Source: Eledone cirrhosa (Eukaryota). Taken from it: DNA of 64,000 nt. A program made the position numbers and the translations under genes. This document shows positions 1 to 11,489 of this stretch, in pieces. How positions within the stretch are numbered: the first letter of the stretch is position 1; each line of letters begins with the position of its first letter. The notes below the pieces were generated by a model, which saw only the letters and a list, made by a program, of their open reading frames with translations, was not told the DNA's origin and did no database searches. The DNA lies in the NCBI GenBank assembly GCA_964016885.1, contig OZ024756.1:12710001-12774000 (forward strand). The letters are read 5' to 3'.

Positions 1-3000
1 ACCGATGATTTATTAGAAAACATGTTATTCAAATCTAAATGCTCATTGAGATTTACTTTCTCATGGTACTCATCGAAAGTGTTGCAGTTGTTGCTAGTTT
101 TATTCACAGTCCTCACTTTTGACAGCAGTTCCTTCAAGGGCAGAAGATCGGAATCATCTTTTGTTCTATTACAAACTACAGACTGGTCAGTCACTTTCTC
201 TTGGCAGTTGTTATCATTAATGTCCTCACAGTCAGACTGGTAGTTTTCAACAGTCAACGGAGTAGATAAATCAATACCAGCAAACTGAGAGCTTTCATCT
301 TCAGCGCTATTACTGTGAATATTTTCAGATGACAAACTGGGAAAAGAGACAGGAGCACCACATATTTTCACATGTTGTTCAAATTTGGACGACGAAGAGC
401 AATTTTCCTTACAAAACCAACAAACATATTGCTTTTTGTTTGCGTGAAGAAGACGGATATGTTGTTCTAGCAGTGTGGATGAAGAAAATATGTCAGCACA
501 ATAGGAACAAGAATATTCCCTTTCTGTATCTTTATTACTGATTGTAATTTCCTGTTTAGCTAAGTTGTCTGACCGAGTGTTATATTGATCTTCTGCTTGG
601 CCAGAACTGGCGATATCTTCTGCCTTGGAAGTGCAAGAAAGCATATCAGAAACAGGAATTTTATCCTCTGAACTCATACTATCAGAACATTTATTTCCAT
701 CTTCATGTTGGTCAGGTAAACTAGATAGGAGTTGCCAGTGCTCAAACAGCTTGTTATTTCCTGATTTTTTCTGCAGAAGATCAGTTGCCACTTTACCAGT
801 TTTGCTCTCAATACACTCTAAATCCATCTGGCCACTAGTTATCTGTCTGTCTACAGTGTCAGCAATACTAGATTTTCTTAATATCATCGTACAGTTCTTT
901 GAATGTTCATCCAAAACAATGGTATTTTCAAATGTTTCGGTGCACTCTGAACAAGTCAGGGATTTCTTAGGAGTGGGTAATGTTACATTAACATTGGCCT
1001 GTTCTTCAGGACATGCGGTCTTTTCATATTCAGTTGAACAATTACTTTTAGTATTATTACTGTTCATATGATATTGATATTTCAACTGGTTTACATCAGA
1101 GTCACTGCAACCTTTTCTCTCTGGTTTGCATTTTACAGGTGTGGACTCGAAATTGCAAGAAAATGGTGGAGTTTCTGGTGAATATGTATGGAAGTGGTTA
1201 TCTTCAATATTTGGAGGTTCATCTGTTGTAGGGTCAGCAATCTGAGAAAGATCAGTTGTAATCATGTCTCTAAAGTCACTTCCTAAGCTCAAAGTGACAT
1301 TAGGTTCAGGGATTTCAGGTGACATTCTAGAATCATTGTCTTGGAAAGTCTGCAAATGATTTGGGTTTCTTAGTTTGGTGGTTGTATCATTAACACATGC
1401 TGGCTTTGTTACATTAGAATTAGTTACAGTAACAGAATTTTCTTGGCAGCTAGACCCTTCGTCTCTTTGATCAATTTTCAGTTCACCAGAGCATTCTTGG
1501 AGATTATTGTGCACAACTTGCAGAGCACTTCCGAGTATCATGTTTTCCTGGTCTTCAGAATATGAGCTGTTCAATGTACCCTCCGATTCTGCCTCATCAA
1601 CATTATTTAAAGTATTTATTCCATGGAGCAGCTTACTGTTCTTATAGATAGTGATTTCTGGTTTGTAAACATTTAAAATTGCTTCATTTCTTACAGATTT
1701 CGACAGTGTGGAACCATTGAGTCCAGCTGAGTTGATGGACAGGCTGGAAGTGGAGGAAGAATCAGAGATATTGGGATTAGAAGCTAACATACTATTAAGG
1801 AATTCCAAGCTATTTTTGTTTTGTTTGATAGCACAAGCATTTGACTGCCTCACCCATTTAGATTTTCTGGCATAATTCTTTTTCGTTATGTCTTTTGAGA
1901 ATAAGTGAGAATCAGCTAGGGTCTCCTGGTTTAATGGGGAGGAGTGCAGGGCATCATCATTGGGCTCAATGTCAAATAAAGAGATTAAATCTTTGCTTTT
2001 CCTGTGGCACTCAACATGGTTCCGCAACTCTTTACTGCTACTAAAGGCTTTACCACAGCAGGTAAACGTGAAATTGTCAGGGTCTGTATCATCCACCTCG
2101 ATTTTACTGTCTAAATTAATTACTTCCGTTGAATCAGTGACGTTCACTGTATTTCCAGTGGTTCTAACAGAGACATCTAATACTGGACATCTGACTCGTA
2201 AGCAAGTTTTCATGTGTCGGTTTCGAGCACTAGATTGTGAAAAGGCACGTCCACAACTCTCGCATTTGAATGGCTTCTCTCCTGTATGTGTACGGATATG
2301 TGTTTCTAGATGAGAGTGTTTCGAGAATTCCTTTTGACAGTAACTACAAAGGAAACTTTTACGCTGAATGTCAAACTCACTCGTACTTTCTGCAGCAGCA
2401 TTAGAATTAGAAGCAACAAGGTCTCTTTCTTCCAAAATGTTGACATCTTCATTATGAATAGATTTGCTGGTGTTGATGTCTCCTATAGAGTAAAGGGAAT
2501 TTCTTTTAGACTCGACGGAATGTGAAGATTTGTGAATCTGACACACAATAGAGGAATGAAAAGTCTTTGAACAAATATCACAAACGAAATTAGTCAATGA
2601 ATTGGTTTTCTTTTCAGCACTACTGCGTGTTTTAAGAGTATCTCCTTTTAAAACAGAAGTGCAGTTCATCATTGCTACAGCAGGTTTTTCTTTGGTGTCA
2701 ACAGATTCTGATATCTTGCTGGTTTTATCAGGCAACTGGGAAATGTTAGAGTTGGTCAGTTGATGTTCATATTGAAATGGAGAGTTGTCGGGTGTATTTA
2801 AAGAGTTCTTTTTCATTAACAATGAATTCCCTTTGTTTAAGAACTCTCTATGATTTAAAGACCTAATAGAAGATTTTCTATTCAAAACATTATGGTGAGA
2901 TTCACCTGAGGACAGTTTATCTGTGAATTTTTTTTGTTTTGTGGCTTTAGGTCTTGAGATATGCTTGTTTCTCGATGAAAATGACCGCATGGGGCCAGCA

Positions 3001-5135
3001 GTTGACAAATTCCGATTCTGTAGTTGAGATATCTTTGATAAAGAATTACTCCGAATATGTTTCTTCATGTGAACTTTAAGATGAGGATATGATACAAATT
3101 CAACTAAACAAAGACTACACTGATAAGTTCTATCGTTTTTGGTCATAAAACTCTTTTTTCTATGTTTTACTAGTTTAGATTCAAATGAAAGAGGTTTGGT
3201 AATTTGACTTTTAGTTTTGACAATGGAAGTTGAAATAGTATTTAGTATAGTGGATGGAGGTTTCATAAAGACATTCTTGGCTGAAACTGTGTGATCATTA
3301 ACTACATCTAAACTTTCACCTGTAACACATTTCTCAGACTTCAATTGGTTTTTTTGTGCAGCTGAACAAATTTTTAAATGGTTATCATATTTAGACATTT
3401 GTTGAAAATTGTCACCACAGAATTGACACGTGAAAGATAAGTCATTGCTAAGAGTTAAACTAGAGTCGAGTTGATACTGAGCAGTAGTGTCCCACTGAAT
3501 ATTTGAATTAATACTTTGAGCTACACTGCATGTCTTTAAATGACGATTAAGTGCACTTGATTGTGTAAATGCATTCCCACAAAAATCACATTTGAATGGT
3601 CTTTCTCCAGTATGTGTACGTAAATGCTGAGTTAAATGGCTAGTACGTGTAAACTGTCGCGAGCAGAAGTGGCAAGTTAAGTCTTGCTGGACTCTCACTT
3701 TCACAGATTTATTTAACACAGAAGATTTCAATTTAAGATTGAGATTTACATGTTTTTTAACTTTATTAGTATTTTCACTGATTTTTTCGTTGCTAGTTTT
3801 ATAAGATAATTGGTTAAACTGTTTACTACTTGGATCCTTATTTGGTAGAATTTGAGTATAGAAAGAATTCGGAGAACCCTTCCAAGATTTACCATCATTA
3901 TAATCAAAGAACTGATCAGAGGTCAGAGAATCTTGTGTAGAAAAAGTAGCAAAAGATGTATCTTTGGAGCAGTCTTTTGGTAAAGTTTTCTTGCTAATTG
4001 CATTGGTTTTCTCTCGCAATAATTTGAGATTTTCAGCCAAATTCTCAATATCTGTTAGCTGGTATTGGTCAGTATTTATCTGTTTATTACAACTGTTAGA
4101 AGGTGGCATGTTATTTTTATCCCAAACATACGCACTATCTTGAGACTGGTCTGTTAGTTCAATTGTTATTGGATCAAATATTGGATCATGGTGGTTATTT
4201 GCTTGAGAAAAGCACAAATTGTTCTTTGGGGATTCTATATGACTATCAGCTAGACTGATGGTGATCTTAGTTTGGTCGAGACTATTTTTAGTCACTTCAC
4301 ATCGGTTATCTTCTTCTTCAACAGCTATTTTGAATTGTGACTCAGTATTTGATACAACATTCAGCTTTTGTTTGGTTGATGACTGCTTTTTACCATTTGT
4401 ACAAATGTTGTTTGTTCTACTGAAGTACAGACTTCGTTTCTTTACTATTTTATCTATAGGAGTAGTAGTAGTAGTGGCAGCAACGGTTTTCACTACATCA
4501 CTGACTGCTGGGCTGTTGTTGCTTGACAATTCAGATGGAGGAGTTTCCTTGTGAGTTGCAACATGCCTGTTATAATCACAAGAATCTTTAAATGTTTCAT
4601 TACAACACACAAACATTATGTCATCACATCTTTCAGCATTATCCTTTCCCGGTGGCGTCATATGTGATGTAAACAAAGCATTATCATTTACCTGTGGTGT
4701 CGTAAGTGGTGTAAACGAGCTATCTGAAGAAGACAGCATTGCATACTGTTTTTCTGCCGCAGCAATTGAGGTTTCTAACATTTTCACATTAGCTGATAAC
4801 TCTAGTTTATCTTTGTTTGGCACTTTAGTACAGATTTTCATGTGGCGATAGAGGGCACTGGACTGAGTGAAGGCCTTGCGACAGTGTTGGCAAACATAAG
4901 GCCGTTCACCGGTGTGAATGCGCTGATGCATCACTAAATGGCCTCTGCGAGAGAATGACTTTGAACAGTAGTTACAAGTGTACTTTTTGGATACTGCGAC
5001 ATCTGCAATCATAGGCATGCTTGAGTTTGAGTTTCCATTTGCAGAAAGAAGCAGTTCCGCTCCGCCTGCCGTGTTATTTACGATGTTCAATATAGGTGGC
5101 CATTCAACTGATACATTCGGGTCAATATTATCCAT
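1..5135 (-). CDS. Large multi-zinc-finger (C2H2/C2HC) protein, uninterrupted coding exon, 3' end outside window
   Basis: Minus-strand ATG at 5135 in CCACCATGG context with an in-frame TAA 9 codons upstream. Frame spot-checked as open down to position 3. Fingers read directly: [51 protein letters not shown] (~4830-4980), [51 protein letters not shown] (~3525-3680), [51 protein letters not shown] (~2200-2355), plus isolated fingers near 4560-4620, 3370-3435, 3060-3125, 2520-2590 and 360-520. Confidence 0.93.
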   Translation of the reverse strand, partial: MDNIDPNVSVEWPPILNIVNNTAGGAELLLSANGNSNSSMPMIADVAVSKKYTCNYCSKSFSRRGHLVMHQRIHTGERPYVCQHCRKAFTQSSALYRHMKICTKVPNKDKLELSANVKMLETSIAAAEKQYAMLSSSDSSFTPLTTPQVNDNALFTSHMTPPGKDNAERCDDIMFVCCNETFKDSCDYNRHVATHKETPPSELSSNNSPAVSDVVKTVAATTTTTPIDKIVKKRSLYFSRTNNICTNGKKQSSTKQKLNVVSNTESQFKIAVEEEDNRCEVTKNSLDQTKITISLADSHIESPKNNLCFSQANNHHDPIFDPITIELTDQSQDSAYVWDKNNMPPSNSCNKQINTDQYQLTDIENLAENLKLLREKTNAISKKTLPKDCSKDTSFATFSTQDSLTSDQFFDYNDGKSWKGSPNSFYTQILPNKDPSSKQFNQLSYKTSNEKISENTNKVKKHVNLNLKLKSSVLNKSVKVRVQQDLTCHFCSRQFTRTSHLTQHLRTHTGERPFKCDFCGNAFTQSSALNRHLKTCSVAQSINSNIQWDTTAQYQLDSSLTLSNDLSFTCQFCGDNFQQMSKYDNHLKICSAAQKNQLKSEKCVTGESLDVVNDHTVSAKNVFMKPPSTILNTISTSIVKTKSQITKPLSFESKLVKHRKKSFMTKNDRTYQCSLCLVEFVSYPHLKVHMKKHIRSNSLSKISQLQNRNLSTAGPMRSFSSRNKHISRPKATKQKKFTDKLSSGESHHNVLNRKSSIRSLNHREFLNKGNSLLMKKNSLNTPDNSPFQYEHQLTNSNISQLPDKTSKISESVDTKEKPAVAMMNCTSVLKGDTLKTRSSAEKKTNSLTNFVCDICSKTFHSSIVCQIHKSSHSVESKRNSLYSIGDINTSKSIHNEDVNILEERDLVASNSNAAAESTSEFDIQRKSFLCSYCQKEFSKHSHLETHIRTHTGEKPFKCESCGRAFSQSSARNRHMKTCLRVRCPVLDVSVRTTGNTVNVTDSTEVINLDSKIEVDDTDPDNFTFTCCGKAFSSSKELRNHVECHRKSKDLISLFDIEPNDDALHSSPLNQETLADSHLFSKDITKKNYARKSKWVRQSNACAIKQNKNSLEFLNSMLASNPNISDSSSTSSLSINSAGLNGSTLSKSVRNEAILNVYKPEITIYKNSKLLHGINTLNNVDEAESEGTLNSSYSEDQENMILGSALQVVHNNLQECSGELKIDQRDEGSSCQENSVTVTNSNVTKPACVNDTTTKLRNPNHLQTFQDNDSRMSPEIPEPNVTLSLGSDFRDMITTDLSQIADPTTDEPPNIEDNHFHTYSPETPPFSCNFESTPVKCKPERKGCSDSDVNQLKYQYHMNSNNTKSNCSTEYEKTACPEEQANVNVTLPTPKKSLTCSECTETFENTIVLDEHSKNCTMILRKSSIADTVDRQITSGQMDLECIESKTGKVATDLLQKKSGNNKLFEHWQLLSSLPDQHEDGNKCSDSMSSEDKIPVSDMLSCTSKAEDIASSGQAEDQYNTRSDNLAKQEITISNKDTEREYSCSYCADIFSSSTLLEQHIRLLHANKKQYVCWFCKENCSSSSKFEQHVKICGAPVSFPSLSSENIHSNSAEDESSQFAGIDLSTPLTVENYQSDCEDINDNNCQEKVTDQSVVCNRTKDDSDLLPLKELLSKVRTVNKTSNNCNTFDEYHEKVNLNEHLDLNNMFSNKSS

Positions 5136-5367
5136 GGTGGAGGTTTTAAAAAGTTCCAGTTAACCCAGTTGGAAATCACAAGAAAACTTCTCTTAGTAAA
5201 GAGAGATAGGTGAAAAGTATGAACCGTTTATTAATCCCTGTGTCAGTTACCATGGCAATTCTTGAGAGGAAATGATACAACTGAATATCAGTTACCATAG
5301 AAACTATTCATGCAGGATATGGAAACTTGCTTCTGTCATGAATTGGTTTAAGTCATTCTATGGAGAA

Positions 5368-5392
5368 TCTGCAAGAGGAAAAAAATAAACCT
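5368..5392 (-). promoter_or_regulatory. Splice acceptor opening the zinc-finger coding exon (about 230 nt of 5'UTR precede the ATG)
   Basis: Minus strand reads gtttatttttttcctcttgcAG|attctcc: a polypyrimidine tract plus CAG, exon starting at 5368. Confidence 0.7.
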
Positions 5393-5717
5393 TTTGTTAT
5401 TGTATATCAAGAAATGGTGATTGACGAATTAGAAACCAACTAGCGTGGAAGATAGACATTAAATGTTGATGATGATGATGATGATGAATCCAAGGGTTTG
5501 ACAGGTTCTCATACTGAGATCATGGGGGGGGGGGGGGGGCTATATCTAGCTCATATGCTTTATTTTGGGTTTTACAGCTGGATCTATTTCCTAAAGCCAA
5601 TAACTTTACTGCAAGGACTGGGAGTTTTTGTGGCATCACCAGCACCACCACCACAACCACCTAGGCAGAGTATTGATATGATTTCTCCAGATTTACGTAA
5701 GGAGTTGAATTCAGAAC

Positions 5718-6186
5718 ATTAACCCTTTCATTACAATATTTCTAATGAAAGACACTGTCTGTCATTAACCCTTTCATTACCATATTTCTAATGAAAGACA
5801 CTGTCTATGTCATTAACCCTTTCATTACAATATTTCTAATGAAAGACACTGTCTATGTCATTAACCCTTTCATTACCATATTTCTAATGAAAGACACTGT
5901 CTATGTCATTAACCCTTTCATTACAATATTTCTAATGAAAGACACTGCCTATGTCATTAACCCTTTCATTACAATATTTCTAATGAAAGACACTGCCTAT
6001 GTCATTAACCCTTTCATTACCATATTTCTAATGAAAGACACTGCCTATGTCATTAACCCTTTCATTACCATATTTCTAATGAAAGACACTGCCTATGTCA
6101 TTAACCCTTTCATAATCATATTTCTAATGAAAGACAATGTCTATATCATTAACCCTTTCATTATGATATTTCTAATGAAAGACACA
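5718..6186. repeat. 45-bp tandem repeat, about 10 units (TTAACCCTTTCATTACCATATTTCTAATGAAAGACACTGCCTATGTCA-like)
   Basis: Direct periodicity; the periodic ORF 5791-6210 is a by-product. The same unit resumes at 10483-10566 and 11042-11125. Confidence 0.95.
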
Positions 6187-7060
6187 CAAGCAGGTAATAT
6201 ACACATCTAGGACCACATACAACACACAAGCAGGTAATACATACATCTAGGACCACATACAACACACAAAAAGGTAAAACATACATCTAGGACCACATAC
6301 AACACACAAAAAGGTAAAACATACACCTAGGACCACATACAACACACAAGCAGGTAATACATACATCTAGGACCACATACAACACACAAGCAGGTAATAC
6401 ATACATCTAGGACCACATACAACACACAAGCAGGTAATACATACATCTAGGACCACATACAACACACAAGCAGGTAATACATACATCTAGGACCACATAC
6501 AACACACAAGCAAGTAATACATACACCTAGGACCACATACAACACACAAGCAGGTAATACATACATCTAGGACCACATACAACACACAAGCAGGTAATAC
6601 ACACATCTAGGACCACATACAACACACAAGCAGGTAATATATACATCTAGGACCACATACAACACACAAGCAGGTAATATATACATCTAGGACCACATAC
6701 AACACACAAGCAAGTAATACATACACCTAGGACCACATACAACACACAAGCAGGTAATACATACATCTAGGACCACATACAACACACAAGCAGGTAATAC
6801 ACACATCTAGGACCACATACAACACACAAGCAACTAATACATACATCTAGGACCACATACAACACACAAGCAGGTAATATATACATCTAGGACCACATAC
6901 AACACACAAGCAGGTAATACATACATCTAGGACCACATACAACACACAAGCAGGTAATACATACATCTAGGACCACATACAACACACAAGCAGGTAATAC
7001 ATACATCTAGGACCACATACAACACACAAGCAGGTAATACATACATTTGGGATCACATAC
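6182..7060. repeat. 40-bp tandem repeat, about 22 units (ACACACAAGCAGGTAATACATACATCTAGGACCACATACA)
   Basis: Direct periodicity. Two units of the same motif occur in reverse orientation at ~24062-24143. Confidence 0.97.
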
Positions 7061-7392
7061 AAAAGGCAGGTGAAAGGGGTGGACAAACGAGCAGCTACCA
7101 GAGCAAAAGATACAATATCACGAGGAGCACTGGGAAACCTCTCTAATGATTTTTTAGGTAACCCAACACACTCGCAGCGTTACCTCAGGTGATGGCGAGC
7201 TGAGGCGCTGGAACAACCAAGCGCTTTCACAAACATCACCAGTTACCTCGGTTAGGCGAGCCGCTAGTGAAGATAAGAACCTCGCTATCAGTAGCCTGAC
7301 TCTCCCAAACATCTCGAACGCCACTGCCTGGAAAATGTAGTTAGCTGACAGATCACGGTATTTTAGGATTTTATTCTGTTCGGCAGCTGGCG
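7060..7392 (-). mobile_element. 3' end of a CRE-like (restriction-like endonuclease) non-LTR retrotransposon
   Basis: Translation KYRDLSANYIFQAVAFEMFG...ARFLSSLAARLTEVTGD..ESAWLFQRLS resembles the RLE C-terminus (..FQRLSxAIxRGNAASVL). Homologous to 23050-23470 and 23875-24145. Confidence 0.75.
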
Positions 7393-7394
7393 GT

Positions 7395-10300
7395 TTTACT
7401 TTTGCAAGCGGTCGAAACCAACATAATAGAAAGAAGAACTTGATTCTTGGCGCATGGAATGTGCGCACCCTCATGGATAGGGAGGGAAACTTCCTTGAGG
7501 CCAGAGAGAAGAACTGCCCTCATAGCTTGCTACCGGATCGACATAGCAATCCTCAGCGAGACTAGACTTGCCGAAGAAGGATCAGTAGCAGAACCGAAAG
7601 GAGGCTACACCTTCTTCTGGAAGGGCAATGCAAAGGACGAGGACAGAATCCACGAGGTAGGCTTGGCCATCAGGACTTCACTCTGCAAGCAGCTACCAGA
7701 CCTCCCAACACCTGTGAGTGAGCGGCTGATGAATATCCACTTCCCCATTGACCCATCTCGGCATGTCACAGTCATCAGCGCGTATGCCCCCACTCTCACC
7801 AGCAGCAATGAAGCAAAGGATGCTTTCTACGGGGAACTCAAAGCACTCGTGAAGGGCGTCCCCCCCCAAGCGATAAACTCATCCTACTGGGGGACTTCAA
7901 CGCAAGAGTCAGGTCTGACAGCAGCAACTGGAGGGGCGTGCTGAGACCTCATGGCACAGGGAAACTGAACTCTAACGGCCTCATACTGTTGAGTTTCTGC
8001 GCCAAGAACGACCTCACCATCACCAGCACGCTGTTCCGCCAGGCAGACAAGTTCAAGAGGACATGGATGCACTCCAGATCCAAACAATGGCATCTGATTG
8101 ACTTTGCCATATGCCACAGGAGGGACATCCGTGATGTTAAAATCACCAGGGCCATGCTTGGTGCAGAGTGTTGGACCGACCATCACCTGGTCAGGACCAT
8201 CCTGTCACTGCACATCACCCCAACGCATCGCAAGACTCCGAAAGTCTGTAGGCCAGCTTTCGACGTCGCATGACTCAAGCAGCCAGAGCATCGTGATGCG
8301 TTCACGGAAGACCTGGATGGCTGGCTGACTGCCCATGGACCACTGACCGGACCCCCAACTCAACAGTGGGACCAGTTCAGGTCGCTGGTGACAGAGTCAG
8401 CCAAGGCAACCATCGGGCCGAGGAAGAGAGTCCACCAGGACTGGTTTGATGAAAACGATGAGCGGATCAGACAACTCCTGGACGAGAAGAGGAGGGCTTT
8501 CATTGAGTGGCAGAATGACAGCTCCTCCACCTCGAAGCGCGACCGCTTCAAGCACCTCCAGAGGCAGACCCAAGCAGCGCTTCGCAGAATGCAGGACAAG
8601 TGGTGGGAAAAGAAGGCCGAAGAAGTCGAGAGATACGCTGACACAAAGAACTCCAAGATGTTCTTCAGCGCCATCAGGGAAGTCTACGGAACCCCCAAGT
8701 CTGTCATCACACCGCTGCTGTCTGCTGATGGCTCAATCCTGTTGCCCTCGACCAGGTCCCACAGAAGCCCGTAGTCGGCAGCCTCGACCCCCCCCCCCTC
8801 CCCACGTTGGATGAAGTCACGAAGGCAATCAACCAGACCAGCTCAGGAAAGGCCCCTGGGAAGGACGGGATTCCTGCCGAGATCTTCAAGTCGGCCTGTC
8901 CAGCTGCCCTGGGGGCCTTCCACACCCTCCTCGTCAGCATTTGGGAGGAAGAAGAGGTGCCCAAAGACTTCAGGGATTCCACAGTTGTCTCGCTTTTTAA
9001 GAACAAAGGCAGCAAAACTGACTGTGGCAACTATCGGGGCATTTCTCTCCTGTCCATCGCTGGGAAGGTCCTGCCTGAGGCCCAGTGTGGGTTCCGCCCA
9101 AACCACAGCACGATCAACATGATCTTCTCTGTACGCCAGGTGCAGAAGCGTGTCGAGCAGAACATGGACCTCTTTACCGTCTTCATAGACTTGACAAAGG
9201 CATTCGACACTGTCAATAGGGAAGCCCTCTGGTTGATCCTGTCGAAGTTTGGATGCCCAACAAAGTTTGTGAACCTGATACGGCAATTCCATGACGACAT
9301 GACCGGGCAGGTGCGCTCGGGCGGAGAGGCATCGGAATCACCAACGATGCGTGCTGGCTCCCGTCCTCTTCAACCTGTTCTTCACCTGCGTGCTCAATCA
9401 TGCCGTCAGAGACTTTGAGCACGGAGTGTATCTGCAATACAGACTGGATGGCTCCCTGTTTGACCTGCGGCACCTGACGGCCAAGACAAGGACCGTGCCC
9501 TCATGGCCCACAGGGAGTCTGACCTCCAACTCATCATCAACAAGTTCGCAGAGGCCTCCTGCCTCTTCGGTCTCACAATTAACCTTGGCAAGACTGAGGT
9601 CCTGTTCCAGCCTGCACCTGCCTCTGTCGCCCACCCTCCTTCCACCTCCATCGGAGGCACCCAGCTAAAGACAATGGATGACTTCAAGTACCTCGGCAGT
9701 GTCATCAGCAGCAATGGAAGCGTCGACAAGGAGATAAACGCCAGAATCTGCAAGGCCAGTCAAGCCCTCGGCCGCCTGAGGACACGCGTACTGAACCAGC
9801 ACAACATCAGGCAGTCCACCAAGCTCAAAGTGTACAGGGCCGTTGTTCTCACCAGCCTCCTCTACGGATGTGAGACATGGGCCCTGTACAGAAGGCTCCT
9901 GAAGCAGCTGGAATGGTTCCACATGTGCAGCCTGCGGTCAATCATGAACATCAAATGGCAGGACAAGGTCTCCAACCTCGAAGTTCTTGACATGGCTGAG
10001 ACAACCAGTGTCGAAGCTATGATACTGAAGAGCCAACTCCGATGGGTGGGACATGTCATCCGGATGGACGATCACAGGCTTCCGAAGCAACTGATGTATA
10101 GGGAACTCTGTTCGGGGAAACGAAAGCAGGGCAGGCCTCTCAAGAGGTTCAAAGACTGTGTGAAGTCCAGTATCAACAACACTGGAATCGCGCCAAAACA
10201 ACGAGTCTCATGCTCAGGACAGGACTGAGTGGAGAGCCCTTACCAGACACACCAAAGACTCTTTTGAAGAGAAGAGATGGGCAGAGGTCACTGAGGCCCG

Positions 10301-10480
10301 TGAAAGGAGGAGAAAGGCATCAACAGCTGCCCCAAGCAGCTTCGGTCTCTTCCCCTGCCCCCACTGTCCCCGGACTTGCAAGGCAAGGATCGGCCTTCAC
10401 AGCCACCTTCGTGCCCATGGCAGACAAGAACTAAAATAAAGAAGATGTCATCATCGTTTATGATGACAACCAAGAAGAAG
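7395..10480 (+). mobile_element. RTE-clade LINE, near full length, frameshifted (APE endonuclease + reverse transcriptase)
   Basis: GAWNVRTL, DIAILSETRL, ISAYAPT, HLIDF, WTDHHLV, GKAPGKDGIPAE, NYRGISLLS, FIDLTKAFDTV, FKYLGS, LLYGCETW, QLRWVGHVIRMDDHRLPKQL spread over several frames; short (AAG)n tail at ~10470. Confidence 0.95.
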
Positions 10481-10566
10481 GGACCATATTTCTAATGAAA
10501 GACATTGTCTATGTCATTAACCCCTTCATTACCATATTTCTAATGAAAGACAAACTCTGTCTATGT

Positions 10567-11041
10567 CATTGGTTCCCAACCAGGGGACCATGACCCACCA
10601 GTGGGCCATAGCTAGTTATTGGGGGAGCCACGGGAATTAACTAAAAATCACAAAATTTCATACATAAAAAAGAAGAGTAGTTTCCTAACATAATTTTTTC
10701 TTTTTCTTGCTTCAAATTTTTATATTCAACTTTTTATCAACTTTCTACCTTTTCTAATTATGATTTCACTTCACTTGATAATTATTTAAATCTGGATATA
10801 ACAATTTATGTTTTAGTAAATAAACTTATTTTTATAACAGGATATATATTATTTATTTTAGTAAAGTTTATAATAAATTTAAAATGATTTGATTGAAATA
10901 AAAAGACATGCTGAAATTATTTGTACATAAAAAAATTATATCAAAAATTTTAATTTTGTTGTGTGTGTGGGGGGGGGGGGGGAGATACTGTTTTGCTATA
11001 TCATTAAGGTGGAATTTATTATAAAAGGTTGGGAACCACTG
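10567..11041. mobile_element. hAT-type MITE with 15-bp TIRs and 8-bp target-site duplication
   Basis: Ends CATTGGTTCCCAACC ... GGTTGGGAACCACTG, flanked by GTCTATGT (10559-10566) and GTCTATGC (11042-11049); inserted in the 45-bp repeat. Confidence 0.88.
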
Positions 11042-11489
11042 GTCTATGCCATTAACCATTTCATTTCCATACTTCTAATGAAAGACACTACCTATGTCTT
11101 TAACCCTTTCATTACCATATTATTTTGCAAACAAATTTATTAAGACTTGGACATGAATCTCAATATCTAAGATGAATATAGAATCTATTACTACAACAAA
11201 CAACATTTATCGTTAACGTCTGAGACTACAGAAAAAAAATCCAACATATAAGCAAGAAATAACATGAAAGATTCTGCAACAAAACCAAACCATAGCAACA
11301 TTTGAGAAATATACTATGCAGTAATACAGAAGACCCACCAGCCCATGTGCAAGGGTTGAAGCATACATCTAGTATGCACAACCTTCCCCTCTCCTTGTCC
11401 TAACAGCCCACCCTTCACCCACATCCCTACCTCCAACCCCTCACCTGATAAGTCCTCCAAACTCCATGCACCATCCCCACTGTAAAGTG

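Noticed and set aside
22-5163. Plus-strand ORFs listed over the first 5 kb
   Set aside because: Antisense shadows of the minus-strand zinc-finger CDS.
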